This document shows positions 55,889 to 64,000 of a stretch of DNA of 64,000 nucleotides, piece by piece. The notes under the pieces are model-generated. The model did no database searches. It saw nothing but the letters and a program-made list of their open reading frames with translations, and was not told the origin of the DNA. This DNA is from a virus: the IMG/VR virus record IMGVR_UViG_3300025133_007837, positions 32,001 through 96,000 of that record. The stretch is one strand, 5' to 3'. A program made the position numbers and the translations under genes. Each line of letters starts with the position of its first letter. Within the stretch, counting starts at the first letter, position 1.

Positions 55889-56077
55889 ATGCCAATACCA
55901 AACCCCAAAGGAGAAGAGAAGAGTGAATTCTTGAATAAATGTATGGGAGACGACGTAATGACTACAGAGTTCGCTGACTCTAAACAAAGATACGCGGTCT
56001 GCCAATCCAAATGGAAAAAATCAAAAAGCGCCGAGTATACCCCAGAAGATAAAGATTCCCAAGTAGTTATCTACTAA
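55889..56077 (+). CDS. small phage protein
   Basis: MPIP.P..E...F...CM....QRYAVC..KW. Confidence 0.7.
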   Translation: MPIPNPKGEEKSEFLNKCMGDDVMTTEFADSKQRYAVCQSKWKKSKSAEYTPEDKDSQVVIY

Positions 56078-56574
56078 TGGACATCAAGACAATAGATAAT
56101 AAGGGACTTAAGGAATTAGTGTCCCTACGCTTCCCCAATAATCAGAAAGATCCAACTACAGACAGAGACTACGCGTATCTAGACTTAGATTGGGTGGAAA
56201 ACGAAGCCTACCAAGGCTACAAACACTGGTTGTCTTTGTTCAACTTTGGTAGAGGCATACATAACTCTGACTGGAAGCCCAACTTTGACTGCGAGGACTT
56301 AGCCAACTCATTTAAAATATATTTAAAGCTGCTGCACGCGGAAGCCAACCCTTATACTTTCTCTGAGCGCAGAAAAGGTAAGGAGAACCTCGTAAATACA
56401 GAATCAGCTTTAGTGGGGACAATCTTCTATAGAAACTCAACAATGAGCGCTCACTCAATAAACGTTTTCTTTGACGACGAAGAAGACTCGCCCAAATTCT
56501 TTGAGCCGATGTACGGCAAGTTTATAAACCTTAACCAAAACGAACAGGACAGCATATGGTACGTAGAATTTTGA
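56077..56574 (+). CDS. hypothetical protein, possible transglutaminase-like cysteine protease fold
   Basis: FDCEDLA...AHSIN...FFEP, suggestive of a Cys/His/Glu triad. Confidence 0.45.
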   Translation: MDIKTIDNKGLKELVSLRFPNNQKDPTTDRDYAYLDLDWVENEAYQGYKHWLSLFNFGRGIHNSDWKPNFDCEDLANSFKIYLKLLHAEANPYTFSERRKGKENLVNTESALVGTIFYRNSTMSAHSINVFFDDEEDSPKFFEPMYGKFINLNQNEQDSIWYVEF

Positions 56575-56854
56575 CAAAATTATTTGGAATCAAAGCCCTT
56601 GAGGACTATAAACAAAAGGTTGTATTAAAACCCAAGTACCTTAAAGTAAAGGACTCTCAAAAGTGACCGAGGCACAACGAAATAATGAGGTCGTCTGTAG
56701 GACGAACAGCCTCATAACTATGCTAACCTGCTTCAATAACCAAATCATAAGAAAACCCGAAGAAGTACAAGAAACTTTGGAAAAAATTCAAGCTGAGACT
56801 CAAAACTATAAAGACAGGATCGCTAAATGTTCCGATCTTATAAATTAAGAAATT

Positions 56855-57082
56855 ATGACAGTAGAAGAAGCAAAAGAGTTAGAGATAAAAATAGCAAATG
56901 ACATTTTAAATAATGCTCAACTCTCAGCAATAATCCAGCTAGTATCGGAAGAAGCTAAAACTAGGGCAAAAAAGGTCGTTTCCGACGCAACTCCAGAACA
57001 GCTCATCGAGATGAAGAATAAATTCGAAGAGTTAGAGAAAGAAATGGCAGAAGCAGAAGCTGGAACCATCAAAGAATTCTAA
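56855..57082 (+). CDS. hypothetical protein
   Basis: ORF track. Confidence 0.6.
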   Translation: MTVEEAKELEIKIANDILNNAQLSAIIQLVSEEAKTRAKKVVSDATPEQLIEMKNKFEELEKEMAEAEAGTIKEF

Positions 57083-57084
57083 AA

Positions 57085-57360
57085 ATGTGTCCTCTTTGTG
57101 AGTTAAAAATAATTCTTAACGTTTACGACGACTCTGATCCTAGATGGATCATCATGGACTGCATGACCTGTATTCTTCCTATGGCGGTTTGGAGAGGGGA
57201 GCCTTTACATACCATGGACATCTCCAAAAAAGACACAGAAGATATGGAGAACGCCCTTAGGAAAGTCGGAGAGGAAAAATTTGGGAAAGAAAAATTCTTT
57301 ATAGATAAGGTTCAAAGAGAAATTCCTGATCACCTACATTGGCACGCGCGGCCTCTATGA
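57085..57360 (+). CDS. HIT-like protein
   Basis: CPLC at the N-terminus; HLHWH triad. Confidence 0.6.
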   Translation: MCPLCELKIILNVYDDSDPRWIIMDCMTCILPMAVWRGEPLHTMDISKKDTEDMENALRKVGEEKFGKEKFFIDKVQREIPDHLHWHARPL

Positions 57361-57998
57361 ATATAGTTTGTTTTAAAGTGGGGGATCTGTATAGCGCAGA
57401 ACACGTTAATAAGCTATACAATATGGTAAAAAGAAATACCACTTACGACTTTAACTTCATCTGCTTCACCGAACAACCTAAAGATATAGAAAAACACATT
57501 GACGTAAGGCCTTTACCATGCGAAGGGCTATATCATTGGTGGAATCGAATGGCGCTTTTTAAAAAGGGAGTTCTAAGCGGGCCTTGTATAAATATTGATT
57601 TAGATGTGGTGATACACAACAACATAGACGAGGTTTTTGAGCTAGACGATAGTTTTTACATGGTTCCAAGAAACTGGATCGGAGGAGGGGTTCATATTGG
57701 CTGTTCGGGTTATAATGATTGTGTCGTGAAATTCAACGCAGACAAACATAACTTTATGTGGGACATGTACCAAGAAGCCGGAGACACTGCATTATTTGGT
57801 ACTCAAGTTGACAATGCTATGACTTTAATATTAAAACTCGGGAAGTACGAGCATAAACTTTTTCCTCAAGAGTGGTTTTGGAGATTTTGGAATAAAGAAC
57901 ATAAAAACGAAAAATCTAAGTTTTGTCATTTTTCAGCAAACAATGACCATAAACAACATACGATAGATGATGAGTTCGTAAAGGAGCACTGGGTATGA
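57357..57998 (+). CDS. GT-A glycosyltransferase-like protein
   Basis: K.G..Y...VN.LY.MV.RN, FICFTE, WWN...LF, IDLDVVI. Confidence 0.75.
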   Translation: MNIVCFKVGDLYSAEHVNKLYNMVKRNTTYDFNFICFTEQPKDIEKHIDVRPLPCEGLYHWWNRMALFKKGVLSGPCINIDLDVVIHNNIDEVFELDDSFYMVPRNWIGGGVHIGCSGYNDCVVKFNADKHNFMWDMYQEAGDTALFGTQVDNAMTLILKLGKYEHKLFPQEWFWRFWNKEHKNEKSKFCHFSANNDHKQHTIDDEFVKEHWV

Positions 57999-59101
57999 CT
58001 AAAAAAGTTGCTTTATGTTTCTCTGGTTTGCCTAACTCAATAAACAAGAACAAAGGCTACTGGCTGGAACTTATTGATAAGTACGACGTAGATGTATACG
58101 CAAGCCTCTGGAGTGACGAAGAGGGCTTATCTCAAGAAGGAGATACTGTAAGTAATTTTATAAACGTATACAATCCTATAAAAATAGAGGTAGAAAAGCA
58201 CGAAGACTTTCAAAATAATACATATAGATTTTTAGCGGAAGAGTTCGTCTCATCTGACTGCTTTTCGCAGATAAGCACTTACAAGGGTAGCGCTATTAGC
58301 TTAGATCAACCTCGTATTTCACATGAAACTGGCAGAATTTACGCTATGTTGTATAAGATATGGAAGACAAATATTTTAAAAGACTCTATTGGTAGAAAAT
58401 ATGACATTGTGATTAAAGCTGAGACCTGTTCGTCTTACCCTGATTTAAATCTCTTTACAGAAGACTTTGGGCATAAGTCGGAAAACTGTATAAGTCTGCC
58501 ATACTACCACCATCGGTACAAATATAACGACTTGAGTAAAACTGCCTTAAACCATTGGGTCGCTTTCGGGCCGCCTTCTTTAATGAATTATTATTGTTCT
58601 GCATTTACTTACCTAAGGAAGTACTATGATGATGGCATTGCTATATGCCCAGCAGAGAATATTATGACATATCACCTAGAAAGGAGATCCTCTATTCAAT
58701 TAAGACTGTTTTTCAACCAAATATTTAGAAAAGGTTTTATGATTTGGAATGGGGATACAAATAGTTTTCATTGTTGGGGCAAAGTAGGAAAGCCTGCCTA
58801 TATAGACCCGAGAAGCTTCTACGTTCGGTCTGGGTATTTAAGTCGGATAACTGCCGACACACCAAAACAGATAAAATGCAATATGAAAGAGTCTCTTCCG
58901 TTTTCTAATTCGCCAATTGAGATACAGAAAGAATCCTCATACCTAAAAGTCACTCAAGGTGGAGTACCGACTCCCGGAAACACATACCCAAAAATTAAAA
59001 ATTATAATAAAATACTAAAAAAAGACAAATACGATAACATTTTACCTGTATACGAAAAAATAAAAACAAAAACAGATTTTAATATTGCTTACGAAATATA
59101 A
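57995..59101 (+). CDS. putative glycosyltransferase-like protein; paralogue of 25914-26963
   Basis: KVALCFSG, DVYASLW, AETCSSYPDLN. Confidence 0.6.
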   Translation: MTKKVALCFSGLPNSINKNKGYWLELIDKYDVDVYASLWSDEEGLSQEGDTVSNFINVYNPIKIEVEKHEDFQNNTYRFLAEEFVSSDCFSQISTYKGSAISLDQPRISHETGRIYAMLYKIWKTNILKDSIGRKYDIVIKAETCSSYPDLNLFTEDFGHKSENCISLPYYHHRYKYNDLSKTALNHWVAFGPPSLMNYYCSAFTYLRKYYDDGIAICPAENIMTYHLERRSSIQLRLFFNQIFRKGFMIWNGDTNSFHCWGKVGKPAYIDPRSFYVRSGYLSRITADTPKQIKCNMKESLPFSNSPIEIQKESSYLKVTQGGVPTPGNTYPKIKNYNKILKKDKYDNILPVYEKIKTKTDFNIAYEI

Positions 59102-59106
59102 ATAAC

Positions 59107-59997
59107 TTGAAAATGAGAGTATTGGTCACAGGCGGCACTGGTTTTATAGGGTCTCGTTTAGTAAAAAAGCTAGATAAGGCGGGGCATGATGTAATAAGTA
59201 TTGATAGAGCTCTTAATTCTGTTAATTTTCAGGAATATAATTATGTTTTGGCGGATCTTTGTAATCAATCTGACTTAACTAGGCTAAGATATAAATTAGA
59301 TGGAATAGATGTTGTTTATCATTTAGCAGGAAAGAAAAATTTACAAGAGTCTTTTGATAGAGTTCTTTATTATCATAACTCTAATGTAGTTGGCTCGCTT
59401 AATTTACTGTCGCTTTGCGAAGATGCAGGCGTTAAAAGGTTTGTTTTTGCTTCGTCTGCTGCTGTTTATAGTGAGCCCGACGTGAATTTGCCTATTGTCA
59501 CAGAAGACCTCTCCCCAACAGACCCAGCCAGCCCATACGGACTACAAAAACTAACAGTAGAGAAATATTGCAAGATTTATAGCCGAAATACTAATCTAGA
59601 CACAGTTAGCTTGAGATATTTTAATTTATTTGGCCCCGAAACCCAAAGTGGCGTGGTAGGGGCTATGTTAAATAAACATAAAAATGGAGAAAAGTTGACT
59701 ATTTTTGGTGACGGCACTAATTCTAGGGATTTTATTCATATTGATGATGTAGTTGACGCAACTATAGCCGCCGGAGAGCACAATGAGGCCCATAATGGAG
59801 AAATCTACAATGTTGGCTCTGGTGAACCGACGTCTGTCAATGATATTGCTTTTTGCATTTGCAAAGATGACAAAAACATAACAAGACTCCCTGCTCAGCA
59901 AGAAGTTTCTTCTATTTATTGCTCAATAGAAAAAATTACAAAAAAGTTAGGATGGCAGCCTAATACTAATGTATTGAAGTGGCTATCTAATCAATAA
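59107..59997 (+). CDS. NAD-dependent epimerase/dehydratase
   Basis: VTGGTGFIG, ASSAAVY, SPYGLQK, LRYFN, RDFIH. Confidence 0.92.
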   Translation: MKMRVLVTGGTGFIGSRLVKKLDKAGHDVISIDRALNSVNFQEYNYVLADLCNQSDLTRLRYKLDGIDVVYHLAGKKNLQESFDRVLYYHNSNVVGSLNLLSLCEDAGVKRFVFASSAAVYSEPDVNLPIVTEDLSPTDPASPYGLQKLTVEKYCKIYSRNTNLDTVSLRYFNLFGPETQSGVVGAMLNKHKNGEKLTIFGDGTNSRDFIHIDDVVDATIAAGEHNEAHNGEIYNVGSGEPTSVNDIAFCICKDDKNITRLPAQQEVSSIYCSIEKITKKLGWQPNTNVLKWLSNQ

Positions 59998-60176
59998 TTT
60001 TTATATTTAAATTTTTTAATTCATATTAATTTATTTTTATTAATTTGTTTCAGGAAAAGACGCTTTACGCGCTCTTAGCGCACTCAAAATTTTTACAAAA
60101 AAAACTTGAAAAATGTGTAAGGTACATGTACAATACTAAAACTGGCTCTAAGTAGAGCAAACCTTTTTTTATAATT

Positions 60177-60881
60177 ATGAAGAAATTAGTAGTAGCATTA
60201 ATGCTCACGATTGGTCTGCATAGTATTTATGCAGAGGACGCCGCTCCTGTGTCTTTGACACTTGAGTCGGGTTACGTAGATACCCATTATATCAATGGTG
60301 TACCTAGGGTTTCAGAGGCTCCATTCGTTGGTGCAACATTTGTAAAGCCTAACGCTTTACTGGGGTTGGATCTAACGGGTGGCGCTCTGTTGACTGTTCC
60401 AGAAGAAGATAATTCTGAGTCTCACTGGAATGTAGGGGTTGGTAAAACACTTGGTTTCGAAAACTTTGGTTTGAGAACCAGTGCTGAGCTCTGGAGGCAT
60501 CAAAGTGGTGTTCCAAACATCCCTGACAGTACCGAGGCAGCTTTAAAAGTAGGGTTGGTAAATCCTATCGTAAGTCCTTTTGTTAAGCTTGTGAATGACT
60601 TCGAGCTTGGCCAAAAAGGCTATGCTGTAGGAGCAGAGGCAGAATGGTCTCTCTGGGGCGTTGGGATTACACCAAACGTTTCTTGGAGTAAATTTGATGA
60701 CTACGAGTCCGTTGTCGCTTCTACAACCCTTTCTTACGAAACAGACGTCTTAGGAGGTCTAACTCCTTTCGCTACTGTTAATTGGGTGGATAACGACTTC
60801 GACGTGACTAATTTCGACTTCGCATCTTATGAAGCAAGTGGAGATTGGTCTTGGCTCGTGGGACTTAGGTATAAATTTTAG
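60177..60881 (+). CDS. putative outer-membrane beta-barrel protein
   Basis: Signal peptide, amphipathic strands, C-terminal GLRYKF. Confidence 0.7.
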   Translation: MKKLVVALMLTIGLHSIYAEDAAPVSLTLESGYVDTHYINGVPRVSEAPFVGATFVKPNALLGLDLTGGALLTVPEEDNSESHWNVGVGKTLGFENFGLRTSAELWRHQSGVPNIPDSTEAALKVGLVNPIVSPFVKLVNDFELGQKGYAVGAEAEWSLWGVGITPNVSWSKFDDYESVVASTTLSYETDVLGGLTPFATVNWVDNDFDVTNFDFASYEASGDWSWLVGLRYKF

Positions 60882-60914
60882 TACTGACGTCAAGGAGACA
60901 CACGCTACGAACCC

Positions 60915-60944
60915 AACCCTCGCTCTAACGAGCGGGGGTTTTTT
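60915..60944 (+). terminator. intrinsic terminator
   Basis: AACCCTCGCTC-TAAC-GAGCGGGGGTT followed by a T-tract. Confidence 0.85.
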
Positions 60945-61019
60945 ATTAGACTGAGTCTTAAATTAAGTGTATAACGAAAGACACCTGCTATTTGTTAGAG
61001 GGTGGATTTGTGCAATAAT

Positions 61020-61316
61020 ATGAAGAAATTGACAATCAGTAAGATCGGCGTACTTCCTTTCGCAAACTTTTTTGGTTTGTTAGGGGCGGTTACGGGTGTC
61101 GTTGGCGGAATCGTACTTCCAGTGTTGGCTGTAATTGCCGCAGGGAACCTCGGTGATGTTGACGCAGCAATTAAAAGCGTAAGTACCGCAGCGACAGCTG
61201 ACCTAGGCAAAGTAGTCGGCTTGGGTATTGGTGGATGGATCGGCGGAGCAGTTTACGCTTGGATTACTAACGTGGCACTTAAAGTCACTAAAGGGGTTAC
61301 TCTCGAAGTTAAGTAA
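61020..61316 (+). CDS. small membrane protein (DUF3566-like)
   Basis: Two Gly-rich TM segments; W..N..LK..KGV.LE. Confidence 0.55.
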   Translation: MKKLTISKIGVLPFANFFGLLGAVTGVVGGIVLPVLAVIAAGNLGDVDAAIKSVSTAATADLGKVVGLGIGGWIGGAVYAWITNVALKVTKGVTLEVK

Positions 61317-61338
61317 TCTGAACTACAAACCTACTGCT

Positions 61339-61375
61339 AATCCCTCACCAGTCAAACGGTGGGGGATTTTTCTTT
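61339..61375 (+). terminator. intrinsic terminator
   Basis: AATCCCTCACC/GGTGGGGGATT followed by a T-tract. Confidence 0.8.
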
Positions 61376-61440
61376 GCCTACTGTACAAAAAGACACAGGG
61401 AATTTAACAGGATCTACTAATATATAGGGTTTTCTATGGG

Positions 61441-61456
61441 TGGCATTATTTCTGCT
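61441..61456 (+). promoter_or_regulatory. putative sigma54 promoter of amt
   Basis: TGGCATTATTTCTGCT (GG-N10-GC), about 14 nt before ATG 61470. Confidence 0.5.
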
Positions 61457-61469
61457 TTATAGGAACCTA

Positions 61470-62684
61470 ATGGAAGACGTAAAATTCATCATAGATAACC
61501 TTTGGGTTCTAATATCAGCTTTGTTGGTATTTATTATGCATCTGGGCTTTTCTAGCTTAGAAGTCGGCTTGACAAGACAAAAGAATACAGTAAATGTTTT
61601 GTTCAAGAATCTTTTTATTATTAGTATTGGTTTAATCAGTTATGCTTTAATAGGTTTTAATACAATGTATCCCGGTGAGCTATTTAATGGCTGGCTGAGT
61701 ATAGGGGGGCCTATTGGCTTTTCAGATGATACTGCAAATCTAACAAAAGCATATGCTGACTATACATATTGGACAGATTTTCTGTTTCAAGCTATGTTCG
61801 CAGCAACAGGAGCAACAATAGTATCAGGGGCAGTAGCGGAGAGGGTAAAATTATCTTCTTTCTTATTGTTTGCTACTTTATTAGTTGCTATTGCTTATCC
61901 TATAGCTGGAGCTTGGAAATGGGGAGGAGGATTCCTAGATAAAATGGGATTTTATGATTTCGCAGGTAGTAGTGTCGTGCATGCCTTCGGAGGGTTTGCT
62001 GCCTTAGCTTGCGCTTGGCTTTTAGGGCCTAGGGCAGATAAGTATAAGGACGGTAAAATAAACGCTCTACCGGGCCATAGTATGCCTTTAGTGGCTATTG
62101 GCGTCTTCCTACTGTGGTTTGGTTGGTATGGGTTCAATGGGGGTAGCGTATTAAGCGCAGATCCCGCCTCTGTATCCTTTGTATGCGTTACGACATCCCT
62201 TTCGGCTGCAGCCGGTGCTCTATCTGCGATGCTTTTCTCTTGGTTTAAATCAAAGAAGCCAGATTATACTATGACAACGAATGGCGTGCTAGCCGGATTA
62301 GTGGGCATAACCGCAGGGGCAGATGTAGTTAGCGTTTGGAGTGCATGCGCAATCGGGGCTATCGCCGGTATTATATTGTGCTTCGCTTCCTCTTTTATTG
62401 AGAGGGTGATTAAGATTGACGATCCAGTCGGTGCTATCGCTGTTCATGGAGTGTGTGGCGTATGGGGAACGGTTGCCGTAGGCATATTTTCTTCAGAGCA
62501 TTCAATACTGATTCAATTATTTGGAACATTAGTAATAAGTTTATTTTCTTTCTTGTTTTCTTTGTTAGTATTTGGTAGTATTAAAAAGGTATTAGGGGTT
62601 AGAATAAATGGTGAGCTAGAAGCTAAAGGGTTAGATCTTTTAGAACATGGCCATACTGCTTATCCAGACTTTCAAGTAAGTTAA
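61470..62684 (+). CDS. amt: ammonium transporter
   Basis: FQAMFAAT...IVSGAVAER, DFAGSSVVH, LWFGWYGFNGGS, IDDPVGAIAVHG. Confidence 0.95.
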   Translation: MEDVKFIIDNLWVLISALLVFIMHLGFSSLEVGLTRQKNTVNVLFKNLFIISIGLISYALIGFNTMYPGELFNGWLSIGGPIGFSDDTANLTKAYADYTYWTDFLFQAMFAATGATIVSGAVAERVKLSSFLLFATLLVAIAYPIAGAWKWGGGFLDKMGFYDFAGSSVVHAFGGFAALACAWLLGPRADKYKDGKINALPGHSMPLVAIGVFLLWFGWYGFNGGSVLSADPASVSFVCVTTSLSAAAGALSAMLFSWFKSKKPDYTMTTNGVLAGLVGITAGADVVSVWSACAIGAIAGIILCFASSFIERVIKIDDPVGAIAVHGVCGVWGTVAVGIFSSEHSILIQLFGTLVISLFSFLFSLLVFGSIKKVLGVRINGELEAKGLDLLEHGHTAYPDFQVS

Positions 62685-62705
62685 TAATAAAATAATATTA
62701 TTGCA

Positions 62706-62728
62706 AGCCACCCTTCGGGGTGGTTTTT
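62706..62728 (+). terminator. intrinsic terminator
   Basis: AGCCACCC-TTCG-GGGTGGTT followed by a T-tract. Confidence 0.85.
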
Positions 62729-62823
62729 ATCTATTCATTACTTGTCCTAAATATAGTCTTTAATGGCCCGTAAATGCCCCCTCACGGCGTTTTTGTCATA
62801 AAGAGGTATAATGTGGTGTATAT

Positions 62824-63012
62824 ATGTTTGCTATGTGGAAAAAACTAAAAAACCTATTCAAAAAGAAGCCCAAGGCAGAACAAGAGACTAAAACTTTAGA
62901 CCAAGTCTTAAAAAAGATACCTGCGAGAGCAAATGAGACAATTGAAGAGACAAGAGCGCGAGTAAAGGCAAATAAGAAAATAGTTTCAGCTAGAAGAGCA
63001 AAAAAAATGTAA
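62824..63012 (+). CDS. small basic hypothetical protein
   Basis: ORF track; converges with the next gene. Confidence 0.5.
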   Translation: MFAMWKKLKNLFKKKPKAEQETKTLDQVLKKIPARANETIEETRARVKANKKIVSARRAKKM

Positions 63013-63013
63013 T

Positions 63014-63361
63014 TTACCTTGTTTTTCCCCAGTATTTATGCTCGTAGTCTGGAGTGTTTTCCTCTCTCATGGCTTCTATCCATTCAGGGCTGGAGTTTTT
63101 ATCTAAAAGGTTATGGCTCCCGCTATTGGTGTCTGCGTGAGGTTCCCACAGTCTAGCTAATGCAAAAAGCTGAGCCTGCTCATAACTTAAGGCGGCTACT
63201 AAGACACAAAACTTGTTTAATATCGATCTTCGAGGCGGAGGGTTTATTCCGCGTTCAATTTTGCGCCATTCCCCTTTCGAGACACCAAGCATCATGCACA
63301 GTTTTTTAGTGTCTTTGAACCGTGCGGATCTAAGCTCTTTTAAATACAAATGGAATTTCAT
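63014..63361 (-). CDS. XRE-family HTH protein
   Basis: YLKELR...LC.MLGVS...WRKIERG..PP. Confidence 0.7.
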   Translation of the reverse strand: MKFHLYLKELRSARFKDTKKLCMMLGVSKGEWRKIERGINPPPRRSILNKFCVLVAALSYEQAQLFALARLWEPHADTNSGSHNLLDKNSSPEWIEAMREENTPDYEHKYWGKTR

Positions 63362-63370
63362 TTATGTTTT

Positions 63371-63625
63371 TCATACATACAAATCAAAGAACCCTCCTTG
63401 GTTTATCATCACCTCAGCATTTAGTATAGCATTAAATTCTTGAATTTCATCTATGTGTTTAATCGTATCAATATCTTCTAATTCTTTAGCTTCCGTTAAT
63501 CGTGAAGATTCTATTTCTTTATATACTGCTATAGTTTGACCTTCCTGTGTTATGCCTTCTATATTCATTCTTCTTTTATGCAGTTTATTAAAACAAGCAG
63601 AAACAACAATATGGATATTACCCAA
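63371..63625 (-). CDS. hypothetical protein (start uncertain)
   Basis: ORF track. Confidence 0.45.
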   Translation of the reverse strand: MGNIHIVVSACFNKLHKRRMNIEGITQEGQTIAVYKEIESSRLTEAKELEDIDTIKHIDEIQEFNAILNAEVMINQGGFFDLYV

Positions 63626-63632
63626 AGTCCCG

Positions 63633-63938
63633 TCATCTCCTATCTCGTGGGTTACTTGGAGGCTCGGGTACTCCCTTGCTTATGGATCTAGGAGGTGGGG
63701 GAGCTGGGTTGCGAGTAGGAGTAACGACTCTACTGGCGGGTCGACCACTTCTTCTACTGCTATGGCGATGATGATCGTGATGATAGTCATGATGATAATC
63801 ATGATGTAGGTACGATGTCCCGAAATAATAACCCGGACGAGGGTTATAGTGCTCCCTAACATATACTGTGTCAGGGCTATAGCACCCTGCACAAGTAACT
63901 ACGCCTAATATTATTATTTTTTTAAAGATCGTTATCAT
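63633..63938 (-). CDS. putative lipoprotein with His-rich and Pro/Arg-rich tail
   Basis: Lipobox-like CAGC; HHDYHHDYHHDHHRH. Confidence 0.6.
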   Translation of the reverse strand: MITIFKKIIILGVVTCAGCYSPDTVYVREHYNPRPGYYFGTSYLHHDYHHDYHHDHHRHSSRRSGRPASRVVTPTRNPAPPPPRSISKGVPEPPSNPRDRR

Positions 63939-64000
63939 ATGTTTTACTCAGCACATGATTTTCCTAAAAAGGTTATAGCTAGTGCTATAACTATAACCAA

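Noticed and set aside
60143-60158. Sigma54 promoter before the beta-barrel gene
   Set aside because: GG-to-GC spacing is 11 rather than 10; it reads as a short palindrome (GCTCTA/TAGAGC).
1-64000. Alternative genetic code (stop-codon reassignment)
   Set aside because: Conserved genes translate full length with the standard code, and all three stop codons are used.

Overview
This window looks like part of a large lytic dsDNA phage genome. The host is probably a Verrucomicrobia/PVC-type Gram-negative bacterium (inference from protein styles and sigma54 promoters). No capsid or terminase genes were recognised. 1-17.7 kb: bacterial-style replication and nucleotide module (RecA, DnaB, DnaG, PD-(D/E)XK nuclease, split PHP + DnaQ + DnaE, class II RNR, ThyX, PPase). 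21.8-33.3 kb: glycan/LPS-type modification cluster (GT9, carbamoyltransferase, LicD-cytidylyltransferase, HldA/HldC-like, PIG-L, 2OG oxygenases). 34.5-46.4 kb: rIIA/rIIB-like pair, many small ORFs, tRNA-Cys/Lys and a RuvB-like ATPase; tRNA-Arg lies at 20.6 kb. 46.6-55.6 kb: a GC-richer, opposite-strand island of small genes, most with their own sigma70 promoter, punctuated by eight copies of a 76-77 bp element (two 27-bp palindromes, consensus GTAAGTCnTTGAnnnTCAAnGACTTAC, around a G-rich spacer). The island or its edge also carries several candidate structured RNAs, two with compensatory pairing between copies, and an unannotated ArfA-like peptide. 55.7-64 kb: glycosyltransferases, an epimerase, an outer-membrane barrel and an Amt transporter with a sigma54-type promoter. 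The cassette-like repeat island and its RNAs are the best candidate for an undescribed system. All calls come from reading motifs by eye; no searches were run.
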